Assembly (NCBI RefSeq): GCF_006345805.1
Contig: NC_043022.1
Span: 8,370,001 to 8,434,000 of the forward strand
Source of the DNA: Octopus sinensis
Lineage: Eukaryota
Length of the DNA: 64,000 nucleotides
Direction: 5' to 3'
The notes beneath the pieces were generated by a model. It was not told the DNA's origin. It did no database searches and saw only the letters and a list, made by a program, of their open reading frames with translations. This document shows, piece by piece, positions 40,676-53,745 of this stretch (its first letter is position 1; every line of letters starts with the position of its first letter). The translations under genes were made by a program, and so were the position numbers.

Positions 40676-42197
40676 AGATTAAAGGAAGAGGATACCAAGA
40701 AGACAATATAAAGGCTGAACAAAGAAAAGTAAGAATGGTACAGAAAGGAATAAAGGATAACACAGAGAAAGTTGTCCACCAGTAGACCTATGATCAGAAA
40801 ATGTTCATCCATCTTATATTATTCAATGTAGTGAAGAAAGCATCTTCAAATATCTTAGTTATTTTTATAGACTTTCAAGAAGGATTTGAGGGAAAATTTA
40901 GTTGCTATTTCTAACTGATTGAGCAACTAGAAAATTGACTGGTAAAGTTGGAAGTTGATTTAACTAAAAAAACTCTAACCCATAATACTATACTGATACA
41001 AAAAGATTCCACCAGCAGATGTGTGATCAAAAATGTGTGAATCACACCCATCTTTTATTCAGACAGCATATTCTGGTCACAAAAGGGTTAAAATGATTGA
41101 ATCTTCCATCAAAATATCATGTTAAATTGTGTTCCAAACCCCAACTTGATAATGAAAAGGTTATTTTACTAAATTTTTCATTATATTTAAAATTAATTGA
41201 AATTAAGGCAATGTATTTCAACAGAAATATAGTAACTAAAGGGTTAAAGTGATTCAAATTAAAACATTCCTTCAAAGTTTCATGTTAATTTGTTTTAAAC
41301 ACTGGTTTAATAATGACAAAGTTGTTGTTGTCATAAGAAATTATAAACTTTCAAGAGAACATGAAATAATTTTTCTGGAATAGTTGATCTCAAAGCTCAC
41401 AAAGCTATAAATAATAGTATGTAAATATTAGGTTGGAAAACATTTTTTGGATAGAAAAATTTGAAGGCAACATATTTTAAGAGAAATATGACGGCTATCC
41501 AATGTGTTCTGCTTATTTTCATAGATGTTCAAGGATTATTCAAGGGAGATTTAGATTTTGTTGTTATTTCTAGCTAATTGAGCAACCACGTCATTGTTCC
41601 TTATCAACTGGTAAAGTTGGGATTTGCTTTAACTAAGAGAAGAAATCTATCCCATAATGCCATTCAGTGCTGACATCTTAAAATATGTTTTAAATCAACA
41701 GCAAAACTAGTTCACTCATTTTAAGGTTTCATTTTACCTAACCAAAGTAATTTGTCGTCTGGCCTGATATATTTTTATTTATGTTTTTTGTATTTATCTT
41801 AGTTTTGGTTCAGTTTATGCTCTTTTTTTCCATTTAAATTTCTAAGAATTCTTCCTTCATTCTTCCTTGTTTATTCTCTTCTTTCTCTTTATTTCTTCTT
41901 TACTTTCTCTTTCATTACATTTTTTTCTACATTTTTCTTTCTCCCTTTTTTTTATCTTTCATCCTTCTCACTATCTTTTTCTTCTCTCTTTTGCTATTTT
42001 CTGTCTTTATTCTCTTCTTCCCCTCTAAATTTAGGAGCCCTCAGTTCTGTGGACTGACAACAGAAACGCATGAACACCACCAGACTAAATGTTTACTTAT
42101 ATCCCTTCTAATTCAAACTCTTGCTTCATTCAATAAACTTACCAAACCAGGCAGGCATACTGTAAAGCTGTTTCAGTTGACTATATAAACTGTCCTA

Positions 42198-42428
42198 GGC
42201 GGCAAGCTGGCAGGATCGTTAGCATGCCGGGCGAAATGCATAGCTGTATTTTGTCTGCCGTTACGTATTGAGTTCAAATTCCACCGAGGTCGACTTTACC
42301 TTTCATCCTTTCGGGGTCGATAAATTAAGTACCAGTTACGCACTGGGATCGATGTAATCGATTTAATCCCTTTCTCTGTCCTTGTTTGTCCCCTCTATGT
42401 TTAGCCCCTTGTGGGGAATAAAGAAACA
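42198..42428 (+). mobile_element. SINE family B, well preserved
   Basis: GGCGGCAAGCTGGCAGGATCGTTAGC...GAGTTCAAATTCC...CCTTTCATCCTTTCGGGGTCGATAAATTAAGTACCAG...AATAAAGAAA. Confidence 0.88.
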
Positions 42429-42710
42429 TATATTAACTGTCCTTCTACAAGTATGTAACCTTTTCTTGATGTACAAAATCAGTGTAGGAAAACTTTATGG
42501 CAGAAATAAATATGTTAAATTGTAGTATACATACATATGTACATACATACATATATAGATATATAATTTATATATATATATACATATATCATATATGACT
42601 AACATTAACTTGCACACCATCAGTTATGATGATGGGTGTTCCAGTTGATCTGAACAATGGAACAACTTGCTTGTGGAATTAATGTGCAAGTGGCTGAACA
42701 TTCCACGATA

Positions 42711-42885
42711 CAGTTCTATATTTAAGAGATGAAGAATTATATACATTATTTACAGTCGACGTATATTTGTCATCATCTTGTTTGTTGTTAACACAACATT
42801 TCGGGTGATATACCCTCCAGCCTTCTTCAGGTGTCTTGGGGAAATTTCGAACCTGAGTTCTCATTCCTAAGATATTTTTCAATGC

Positions 42886-42928
<43 letters not shown>

Positions 42929-42995
42929 GTTAGTGTTTAGGTTACTGCTTGGAATTGAACTCGGAATCTTGGTATTAAGCACTATACCATATGCC
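42711..42995 (-). mobile_element. tRNA-headed hammerhead element (family H1), left member of inverted dimer
   Basis: Minus strand: tRNA-like head (anticodon arm deleted), (AAT)n, HHR GACAC-CTGAAGA-A-GGCTG..CACCC-GAAAT-GTT-GTGTT (42790-42835), tail ...CTCTTAAATATAGAACTG. Confidence 0.85.
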
Positions 42996-42998
42996 TAC

Positions 42999-43260
42999 GG
43001 GCATATAGCGTAGTGGTTAAGAGCGTGGGCTACTAACCCCAAGATTCTGAGTTCGATTCCAAACAGTGACCTGGACATTAACAATAATAATAATAATAAT
43101 AATGATAACAACATTGAAAAATACCTTAGGAATGAGAAATCAAGTTCGAAATTTCCCCAAAACACCTGAAGAAGGCTGGAGGGTTTTCCAGCCAAAACTT
43201 TGTGTTAACAAAAAACAAGATGAGGACAAATATCCGTCAAATGTAAATAATGATTCCTCA
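42999..43260 (+). mobile_element. tRNA-headed hammerhead element (family H1), right member of inverted dimer, 3' truncated
   Basis: A box TAGCGTAGTGG, B box GTTCGATTCC, (AAT)n, HHR AACAC-CTGAAGA-A-GGCTGGA(GGGTTT)TCCAGCC-AAAAC-TTT-GTGTT (43161-43206). Confidence 0.85.
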
Positions 43261-44084
43261 ACGATGTGTACACTTAACATAGTTCTCAGGAAGATTCAGC
43301 ATGACACGGAATGTGACAAGGCTGGCTGGCCATTTGAATTACAGGTACAACTCATTGTTGCCAGCTGACTGGACTGATGCAATATGAAATAAAGTATCTT
43401 GCTCAAGGACACAGCCTACCACCAGAAACTGAATTCACAACTTCATGATCATGAGCCAAATACCTTAATAAATAAGAAATACGCTTTATATATGCAAGTA
43501 TATATATATACTATGTATGTTTATATACACATACAATATTCTAGTGCACACACACACATATATATGATATACATATATTTATATATATGATGTGAATACA
43601 CACTTTATATTCTGTTGAAAATATATATATATATATTAATATTGTAGTAAGTATACATGTATATATGTACATATATTAGTAAATATATATTATATATATT
43701 TATATCATATATGTTATATATACACACATAATATATTACATTATATATGTATATATACATACACACACAAACATATATGTATATTTTTATATATATATTA
43801 CATCATATATATATATATGTGTGTGTGCATGAATATATATTATACATGTGTGTGTGTGTATATCTATATCTATCTATCCATATATATATATACACACACA
43901 CACGTGTGTGTATGTGTTTGTGTGTATACATACATACATATATAATATGAAAATGCCATGTTATTTGTAAGCTGGATTAACCTTGATCACATTAGTTAAT
44001 CCAGCTTTTGAAGAAAACTGTTAGACTTTGCATCTTTGTATAAGTTCTGTACTGTATAAAATTGCTTTACCTCATAAATACACA

Positions 44085-44138
<54 letters not shown>

Positions 44139-47100
44139 TACATAAAGTTTTATTATGTAGTTGTACTTAGTTGTCTTTCTTTGTTTCTTGCTTAGTTTTC
44201 TCTCTCTTCATCCTTGCATTATTACATCTCTCTTGATTTCACTTCTTTCTTAGTTTGTCTCTTAATATCTCTATCATGCTCCACATTCACCTCTCTTTGC
44301 TTTTTATTTTGCTGTCTTTCTCTTTTTCTCCTCTCAGTTCTATGTCCTCTCTCTTTCTCTCTCTCTCTGTTGCTTCTGATTTATGTGTCATACACTAGAA
44401 CACTTTCTGTGTATGTATGTGTGCCTTTTTAGACAATTTCATCCAGAATCAATTGAGTTTAGAGTTAGGTAACATCCATGTAATAAGGAGGTAGATAGAT
44501 GGAAAGCTATCATAATGTAGTGTAACTATCATTATCTTAATGATAATGTCAAAGCAACCTGGAATAACAACATGTCAGATGCTGTGGAAGAAAATTATTG
44601 GCTATTAATTTCTCATATTTTTATATTGTTTTCACATCGGTGAATAAAGGGTAAAAGGAAATGTAGGGCAATCACACCATTTCCTTTTCCCTTCTCCTCT
44701 CCTTTTCCTCCCCTTCTCTCCTCTTGTCCTCTCTCCTACCCTCCCCTCCTCTTCCTCGCCTCCCTTCTCCCCCTCTTCTTCTCCCCTTCTCTTCACTCTT
44801 CCTCCATTCTTCTTCACCACTTGAGAACTGGCTTTGGTTTGTTTACATTCCTGTAACTTAGCAGTTCAGGAAAAGATACTTGTAGAATAAGTACCAGATT
44901 TAAACAATAATAAATACTGGGGTTGCTTTTTTCGTGAATCCCTTCAAGGTGGCATCCTAGCATGGCCACAATCCAATGATTGAAACAAGCAAAAAAAATA
45001 CAGAGATATTCAAGGATAATTTACTATATGGGTTGTAATTTGAGATAAGCATTTGTATGCTGGGGATGTCGCTGTACTCCATCTCTGAATGTTGGAGTCA
45101 ATGTCTCATCTGGTAGTGAAGCAGTTTCTTCTGCTGCAACACCCAAGCTGCCTAGTACCACTCACCAATGTAGGTGACAAAACTCCCACACATCAACACA
45201 AGCTTTGTAGAGTGAAACATTACAGCTCTGCATCAGATGTTCCTTTCATCCTCAATGCTTATTCTTGCTACACCACTTATCCTCTCTCTTGAGTCAGATA
45301 TAATGGCTTGCTTTCTCAGTGGCTTCTGACAATTTTCTGCCAACCTCTTCATTTCTCCCACACACTGCACAAGAAATCAAAAATGGTCCATTACAAAAAC
45401 CGGTTGTTGACCCCTGATGTAGAATCTCCCTGAACTGTGGCCAAGCTGGGGAAGAGTCTTCTTGAATAAAATTGATTATATTTCTCCTAATACCTGTTTT
45501 ATTTACTAGCATTTATTTAATTCATCTTGGAAAAGACAGTAAAAGCAGTTACTGGTAATGTGAAAACTTGTTAGGGCAGTGATCAAAACGTTTGCATTAT
45601 TTTGTTGCACCCTGTGACATTTTGAGTTCAAATTTAGCTGATGTCATACTTGCTTTTCATTGTTCTTGGATTGATAAAGCAAAATTCAGTTAAATACTGA
45701 AATTGGCAGGATCATTAAAGCATTGAAAAAAAAAAAAAACCTGAAGAGTCCAATTACAACCTTACATTCTGAGTTCAAGTTTGAGACAGACTTTACCTTT
45801 CATCCTTCAGGAATTAGTAAAATAAGGTATCTAATAGAGGTGATTTTCTATTTCTATAAACCCTTGTGAGTGAATTTGGTAACTGGAAACTGTTTGAGAA
45901 CAAGTGTTGGCTTGCTCACATTCCTATAACTTTGTGATTCAGCAAAAGAGACCAACAAAATAAGTGTCAAATTTAAAAATAAGAACTGGAGTTGATTTGT
46001 TTAACTAAACCCTTCAAGGCAGTGTTCCAGCTTGGCCACATTCCAATGAGTGAAAAAAGTAAAAGATAAAATAAAGTACCAATAAACTTAAAGAGGTGAT
46101 TCATTCTTCCTATAAAGTGTACAATATGAATGGAATTATAATAATTGAAGACAGAAAAAGATGATCACCACCATCAAAACCCAAACTTTCAGTCCTGAAC
46201 CATCAGACCTAGAATCAAAGACAGGCTTGTTGCGATGCCTTGTGTTGTTTTTACCTCAGATATAGTATATCTAGGATTGTATTAGACAACAGGCAGTGTT
46301 TTAAAGATTTGGCTGCTGTTTATGATAACTTGAGCCACCACAGAGACCCTAACACTAACAGAATTGAAAATGGACGAATGGAATATTGTAGAATATGATT
46401 TGTGGAATGTTTTGTGTTTTGTTTATGCATCAAAACCCTAAGTGTGTGTCCTTGTGCTTAGCCAACAAAACTCCATATAATCACCTCAACGCCCCACCCC
46501 ATCAATTCTCATTTTTTATAAATAGGGTTTTTGATGACATCACTTCAAAGTCAAAATTCCCTTAGTTTTCCAAGAGCCTTCTCTAATGTTGCTATTATGA
46601 TTTATCATCTAAACTAACTAATTAATTAAAAGAACCGTATAACCAAGTTAAACTAACTTATTGACTGAAGAATGCAAGTGTTTCCAAGAATTTTTCGCTA
46701 CTATGGTTTTATTGTCTTTATATATCGTGTAATGTTTGAAAATACATGCATCATTTAGCCTGAAGAAAGAAACATTATACGTATGGGGAATTGGACGTTT
46801 GGAAGTTAAGTTCTTTCATTTGTCTCAACTTCAGTATCACTAGGTTTCATGGGGATTGTAGTAATGTGTTTTAGAGTAATTAAAATTGGTGATAAAATTA
46901 ATTAGGCGCTGGAACATCTCTTCTGTTATTCTCTTCATCATCATTAGGAAGCTGTTCTGTTTTCTATTATAATTGGTCTCAAATATTGATGTGGATTTGT
47001 TTATTTGCTTACAAGATGTATTCACGGTTGTATGCTTAGGAAGAAGTTCACTTCACAAACATATGGTTTTGTGTTCAGTTCCACTTTATAGCACTTTGGG

Positions 47101-47197
47101 CAAGTGTCTTTTACTATAGCCGTGGATTAACCAATACCTCATGAGTGAAATATGGTGGATGAAGACTGCAAGAATGCTTATTCTGTGTGTGTGTATA

Positions 47198-48549
47198 CTA
47201 GCAGACATACCTGTCGTTGCTCAGGATTTAAATGGCATAGTTTGTATATATATATAGTACAGTTAAGTTGAAACATGATATGGGGAAGTGCAGCATTGAT
47301 GACAATTTGTGGAGAAAATGAAGGGCTAATTCAACTAAGTAACATGTTATGCATCTGTTTGGGAGATTCCAGACCCAAATCTTGTCATGGAAAAGTTGTG
47401 GGGGTGGCATGTGATTTTTGAATGCACCAAAAAGCTCTTGGGATATAGTCTCCTTTGTGGTTGTTGCCACTGCAGCTACCACACTGAACAATCAGCAGTC
47501 ATATGTGTTAAATTAAGCCTGTGGGCGTGCTCAACCTCACCACATGAGAGAAATCCATATGAACGAAATGACATAAGGGGGAGGACTGGCAAAGAAGCAC
47601 TTGAAAACAAAACTGTCAAGTGATATCTTGGTTTGGAATCAATAGTCGTGGCTCAACCATGCACTCCTTCATGTAAACAGTGTGCGACATTGTGAAGACA
47701 ACTCAGCTCCCAAACGTAAACAATTCTGCATACAGTGTTGGGGTATGCTAGGTCACATTATGGACATAGTCTTTAAGAAACGTGGATGGGTCACATGATG
47801 TTGGGTTGCTGACATGGTTGGGAATCAACAGTCATGGCTCAACTGGGCACTCCTTCGTGTAAACAGGGTATGACCATTGTGAAGACAATTCAGCTCTCAA
47901 ACGAAAACAATTTTGCATGCAGCATCTGGTCATGCAAGGCCACATTAAGGACACAGTCTCTAACTAACATGGTTGGGTCTTAGACACCATAAATTAGTAG
48001 GTCAATGTACATGCGATATTTTGGTTAGTAATCAATAGCTGAAGAATATTTGTATGGGCTTCATCTATGCTTAGAAAAAAGACTTTGGTACTGAAGCTAA
48101 AAGAGTATAGTTGAATTGTTGCTCAGGATTTAACATATTTTTGCATATTTTTCATAATAAGCATAGTGCATTCCAAATGGGTTTTTCTTCCAACAAATTT
48201 CTACCTATAGTACTATGGGAACAAGCTATTATTGCTACCACTTATACAACCTAGTTTAAAGTCTACATTGGCACATCCATTTAATACAACCTACTTATAT
48301 TACTTCAGTAGCTGTTTTTTCCACTTTGAACAGAAGCAATGCATGGACAATGTGGACAATCATAGCCTAAGAAATGGAGTTTTCTGTCCCCAGGGGCTCC
48401 AATACTCATTATATGAAAAATTTTAAGAGTCTAAAACCATCTCTGGATCTTAAGTAATGTATGTTCCCAGATTGGAGAAAATCAGTTGCGAACTTCAGAA
48501 GTTGCAGACTTACACACACACATCCTCAGTTTTAGTATAGTGTTTAAGA
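47198..48549 (-). mobile_element. complete non-autonomous Helitron, 1352 bp
   Basis: Minus strand: A|TCTTAAACACTATACTAAAACTGAGGATGTGTG ... ATCCTGAGCAACGACAGGTATGTCTGCTAG|T; hairpin before CTAG, AT target, no TSD. Confidence 0.88.
47629..47979. repeat. two diverged tandem units (~186-bp period) inside the Helitron
   Basis: GGAATCAA.AGTC.TGGCTCAAC...TTGTGAAGACAA.TCAGCT... starting at ~47629 and ~47815. Confidence 0.88.
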
Positions 48550-49114
48550 TGCGAATGAAATACATATAAAGATAGCAATAATGGAAGAGGACTCAGCATC
48601 TGTAGCAGTGCATCTTGCTGTTAATCACGCTATCCCAAAGTTTGTGTGCCTTTAACCAGGGACCTCATGGGAACTTGTATCCCTACTGAAACTTTGAGCA
48701 TGAACTCTACATTTCAACAGTGAACAATGACTATAGCTATCTGACACCCTTGCTCTTACAATAGGGAGTGGGGTATTTGTCTGTTGGATGTAGTCAGAAT
48801 TCTTTAGGTACATGGTGAACTTGTTGGTTGGACATGGCTCAACCCATCCTGGGTGAATACAACTGTAAGTTCATGTAAAGTAAGTACTCATCAGTGGAAA
48901 GAATTGGGCTAAAATTGAGGACAATTTACTGCAGTATTTGAGAAACTTGTGTGTTAAAAAATCTGTGAATGAATATTTCATTTCAGAAAAGAAAAAAGTA
49001 AAATTTACATTTGTTCTTGTCTCTATTTTCTTGTTTTATTCAGAGTTAAAAAATAATATTTACTGGATTGATTTCTGCCTATTAATATAGCATCTTTCCC
49101 TAAATAGGTTGCAT

Positions 49115-49392
49115 TTCATCATTTAACATCCACTTTCCATGCTAGCATGGGCTGGACGGTTCAACTGGGGTCTGGGAAGCCAGGGGGCTGCACCAGGCTC
49201 AGTCTGATCAGGCAGTGTTTCTACAGCTGGATGCCCTTCCTAACACCAACCACTCCGTGAGTGTAATGGGTGCTTTTTATGTGCCACTGACACGGTGCCA
49301 GGCGAGGCTGGCAATGGCCACGATTGGTTTGTGCTTTTTACGTGCCACGAGCATGGAGGCCAGTCGGGGCGGCATTGGCAATAGCCATGATG
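49115..49392 (-). mobile_element. RTE-type LINE 3' UTR / derived repeat
   Basis: TTTCTACAGCTGGATGCCCTTCCTAA and CATCATTTAACATCCACTTTCCATG tail; related copies near 55165, 55625, 58340, 60362, 63590. Confidence 0.7.
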
Positions 49393-49409
49393 TCTGTGTG
49401 TGTGTGATT

Positions 49410-50230
49410 GTTATTGCACTGGGCAAAATGTTAAGTGGCATTTCTTCCAACACTTCATGTTCTGAGTTCAGATACTGTTGAGACTTTGACTTTCATCTTT
49501 TAGTGGGTGAATGAAACAAGTACCAGTGAAGCACTGGAGGCAGTGTAATTTCCAGCACCCTCCAACAAAAGTTCAGGCCTTGTACCTATAGTAGAAAGAT
49601 TATTATTATTATTATTATTCAGGTAGCTATCTGGCAGAATGGTTAAGAAACCAGACAAAATGTTTAGCAGTATTTCATCTGTCCTTGTTTTATGAGTTCA
49701 AATTCTGATGAGGTTGACTTTACTGCTCATCTTTTCAGAGTTGATAAAATATATACTTGTTGATTACTGGAGTTGATGTAATCAACGTAATTCTCCTTCC
49801 AAATTTCTGGCCTTGTGCCAAAATTTGAAAACATTATTTTCATTATTTTTGTTTTGAAGGTAATAAGTTGACAGAACCAGTAGCACATTAGACAAAATGC
49901 ATTTCATCTGTTTTTGTTCTGAGTTCAAATTCCAATGAGGTTGATTTTGCTTTTCATCATTTTGGGGTTGATAAGATAAGTACCAGTCAAGTCCTGGGGT
50001 TAATGTGATCAACATGTCTCTTCCCTCAAAAACTGTTGGTTCTGTATCAAAATTTGAAACTGTTATTATTGTTATTATTATCATTATTATTATTGCTGTT
50101 ATTATTTCATCAGGGCCGACTTTACCTTCCATTCTTTTGGGGTTGATTAAAAAAAGTACCAGTTGAGCACTGGGATCAATCTAATCGACTTACTCCCCAC
50201 CCCCAAACTTACTGGCCTTGTGCCAAAATT
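49410..50230 (+). mobile_element. cluster of about four degenerate SINE family B copies separated by (ATT)n
   Basis: Repeated GAGTTCA(A/G)AT...(T)TCATC...GTTGATAA...GTACCAGT blocks. Confidence 0.7.
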
Positions 50231-50249
50231 TATTATTGTTGTTATTATT

Positions 50250-50882
50250 GCCTGGTTATCTTGCTTTTCCCCTGTTCAAGTCTGACCAAACTAGAGCACA
50301 TGCTTTTTCACTTTCTGTGGAAGGGGCGCATTCCCCTTGCTAGGCACTCCATTTGCTGTCAACACTCACTGAATGGAGAGCTGGGCATGCCATAGCTGCT
50401 GATGCACAGATGCTGCAATATCTCAAGTGCTTCCTTGACAATGAGCAGGTGTGATCCAGTGCCCAAGCATTGCTAACTTATGGGTTTGTGTCGAACTGCT
50501 ACATGAAAGAAAGTGAGGGTAGAGAAAAACGAAAGAGAGGGTAGAGTGGGAACTGCTGCCTTTCAGCAATTTTGTTAAAAAGTGAGTGAATGTAGTTCAA
50601 ATGGCCCAAGTGAATAGGCCTACTCTAAGCATGTGCCTCTAGATCGAGGATTGATGAAGTGGAGAGGGCACTTGTCCTTGAGGTTTGGGTGATTGTGGTT
50701 TTTGTAGGGTTTACACAAGCAGCCCTTGGAAGCCTCTCTCTTTTGAGAATTTATTTATTATAATATTTTCATTGTCATTACATTTTTATACTATTAAATC
50801 CCACTCTTTTTGTGTTGTGTTGTGTTGCCTTGTGCTGTTCCCCAATATTTTATATCAATCCTCAGTGGTGAATAAAGAAAAG
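50250..50882 (+). mobile_element. Tx1/L1-type LINE 3' remnant, internally deleted
   Basis: Translates LTKLEHMLFHFLWKGRIP...LNGELGMP (FLW.G / GGLG.P motif); ends AATAAAGAAA plus (ATT)n. Confidence 0.75.
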
Positions 50883-51566
50883 ATTATTATTATCATTGTT
50901 ATTATTATTAAGGTAGTGAGCTGGCAAGATCATTAGCATGCCTGGCAAAATGCTTAGCAGCATTTCATCTATTCTTACAGTCTGAATTCAAATTCCACTG
51001 AGGTTGACTTTGCCTCTCATTCTTTTGGGGTTGATGAAATTAATACCAGTTGAGCACTGAGGCTAATGTAATTAACTTGCCCTCACCCCCAAATTTCAGG
51101 CCTTGTGCCTGAAATAATATCTCCTAATAATAGGAAATATTCTTCTTCTTATTATTATTATTATTATCATCGTCATCATCATGTTTTTATTTGCAGAATT
51201 CTATAATTGAATGTCTTTTTAGCTTCACATTGTCCTTCCTCACCAGCACAAACACTCCTTTTTTCCAATCTTTTTTACTTAATTGATATTTTTTTATAAG
51301 GCCCAGGTTAAGTGACTTTTTATTAAATTTATTAAAAATTCTCAAAAAAGTTTAAGTAAATAAACAAAATTTTCTAAATTGGGAGAGAATTTGCCCTCTT
51401 GCATATTTTATGAAGCTGCAATTTTTATATAACTAATTAGTCTAAATCCAATCACGTTTTTATATATTTAGTTAATAACCGTTTACCCTCACCGAAGCTT
51501 CATATTATAATTATCTCTCTCTCCCTCTCTCTCTCTCTATATATATTATATATTTCATTTTTACTA

Positions 51567-51614
<48 letters not shown>

Positions 51615-52715
51615 TGTATATGTGTGTATGTATAGGAGTGTGTGTATATATATATATATATATATATCACTTTGGCAAGTTTCCTATCTTTCTATTCAAA
51701 AGGAGTTATTAATATAAAATAAATGACCTTAACAACTTTTTTTGCATTTTAAAATTTTTTTAAGCTAATTTATTTTATTTTTTGTCTATGTTTAATTATA
51801 ATTTTTTATTTTTAGTTTTAACTTTGTTTTGTATATTTTTTTGTACAAGATCAAAGCAGTAGACAGAGAAGAGGATCTTGGAAAGCAATTATGATAAGAA
51901 AACTCACTTATTATGGTTTACTTAAAATTACCATAAATTTTTAATTGTGTCAGAAGGCAATTAGACATTAAATTGTATGGGAAATTAAAGATTTTATTAC
52001 TAATTCATATAGAGGTCAGCCACTTCAAAAAAAAAACTGTTTCAAACAAAGCTTGTACATCATTTCATTATTTTCTTTTTGTTTTAGTTTAGTCTCTTTA
52101 TTGGGGGTATTTATTTAGTTATTCATATGGTGAAGTCTGACACTATCTGTGTGTGTGTCTCTCTCTCTGCTTTACAAGCATTAATATACACACACACATA
52201 TACATACATCTGCACACAAGAACATATTTGCCCATGCAAACACACACACACACTCATACACACACACAAGTAAATATAGGAAACTACCTATGTTATTATA
52301 TGATTACATGCACTACCAAAGACATTTGTGCTGAAGGTCAGGCTCCCATGGATGAATTTAAATATACATTTCAATACTGCATTACCATGTATTGAGTACT
52401 TCCTTGGATAGTAATCCTTCTATCCTTCAACCAATAAAGTTTACTTATATATATATCTGTTGTATATTGAATACTTTCTGTTTAACAAAAGAAAAGGTAT
52501 TCTAGTTTCCACCAACGACTTCTCTTTCCCACTCAATCAAACGCTCTCTCTCTTTCTCTCTCTGTTTAAATATAGATATTCTCAAAATAACGTGATTATA
52601 ATACCATACTAAATCCTGGTGCCTTCAACTTATGTACCATATTCATCTGAATCTAAATTTTTACTGAACTTATACTTATATATTTATATTTATATATCTT
52701 TATATCTTTATATAT

Positions 52716-52767
<52 letters not shown>

Positions 52768-52769
<2 letters not shown>

Positions 52770-53745
52770 CTGTGAGAGTTGGCGGTTGGGAAGCCAACCA
52801 ACTAAGGGATAGTACCTAACCAATATACTGCTGGTAGTGTGCCCAATTATTAATACCCAAGTACTGGTTATTACATGGCAATTTCACAGTCGAGTGTCAT
52901 ATATGGGCAGGGGTAAAAAGTGGTTTACCCTTAATTTATACAGCAAAAAGAAAATGGAGGGGATACAAAAATGACATACATCAGCCAGTAGACATTCTAT
53001 TATGTCTATTTATTCCAAAACAAAACGGGGTATTATAGGAATAGATGCACATGCAAAGACTGTGTGCTACACTAATATATACAAGTAACAGAATAAGAGT
53101 TATACATAAAAGAGTAAAAGATCAGTTCCTTACAGCTGTTTCTGCCAAGAGGCCACAATATCCTCCATACTAGTTCCATCTCTTCAGTGTTCTCTGGGTA
53201 AATAGAGTTTGGATGTTGAGTGTGCCTCTAGGCTTCATCAGAGGGTTTAAATGGTTAGGAGGGCCGATACATACAAGAGTCAGTTACTAATAGGTACAGT
53301 ATATTTTTCTTATTAAAGAGGGCATAAGAATAGGAGCAAGACTTAGAGTGTGAGAGGAGTAAAATTTAGTAAAATGGATTACATATAGGAAAGGGAAGTA
53401 AGTCATAGACTTCAAGTGTTGCCTTCCAAAATTCATGTTATTTTGTCAAGTGGTGGAAAGGTAGGTATAGTTGTCCTAAGGATGAATTTTTTAGGAAGGG
53501 TAAATTTAGGCAGTGGTTCTTATTTTGTTTACTTATAAATACATGTTATGTTTGTGTTTACAGTGGTAGGTTTGAAAGTATGGTCCCTGTTTCAGAGGTG
53601 GAAGTTTATATGTAGGATGCCAGTTGGTACTAAAGAGAGTATGGCACCAGGTGGTGACAAAAGTACGATGTTCATGTTTGCTATTTTTTCGAGCAACAAG
53701 TCCCTGAATCCTTGTGTGCAATGGGATGGTGGTTATGGTTAGTCC
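52768..53745 (-). mobile_element. probable Penelope-like element fragment with hammerhead
   Basis: Abuts (TA)n; HHR at 53128-53244; no recognisable protein motif; boundaries approximate. Confidence 0.5.
53128..53244 (-). ncRNA. type I hammerhead motif with long stem II
   Basis: CCT-CTGATGA-A-GCCTAGAGGC-[70 nt]-GCCTCTTGGC-A-GAAAC-AGCT-GTA-AGG. Confidence 0.7.

Larger units (their letters stand above)
42615..43480 (-). mobile_element. SINE family C split by the inverted tRNA-HHR dimer
   Basis: 42615-42710 and 43261-43480 join to match the uninterrupted copy at 61845-62135. Confidence 0.8.

Noticed and set aside
42999-43072. Possible tRNA gene
   Set aside because: Acceptor and anticodon stems do not pair properly and it is the head of a repeated element; the same applies to all SINE heads
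45294-45512. 72-aa minus-strand ORF as a host exon
   Set aside because: No good splice sites; better read as a frameshifted LINE RT relic (SGV.QG.VMGP-like)
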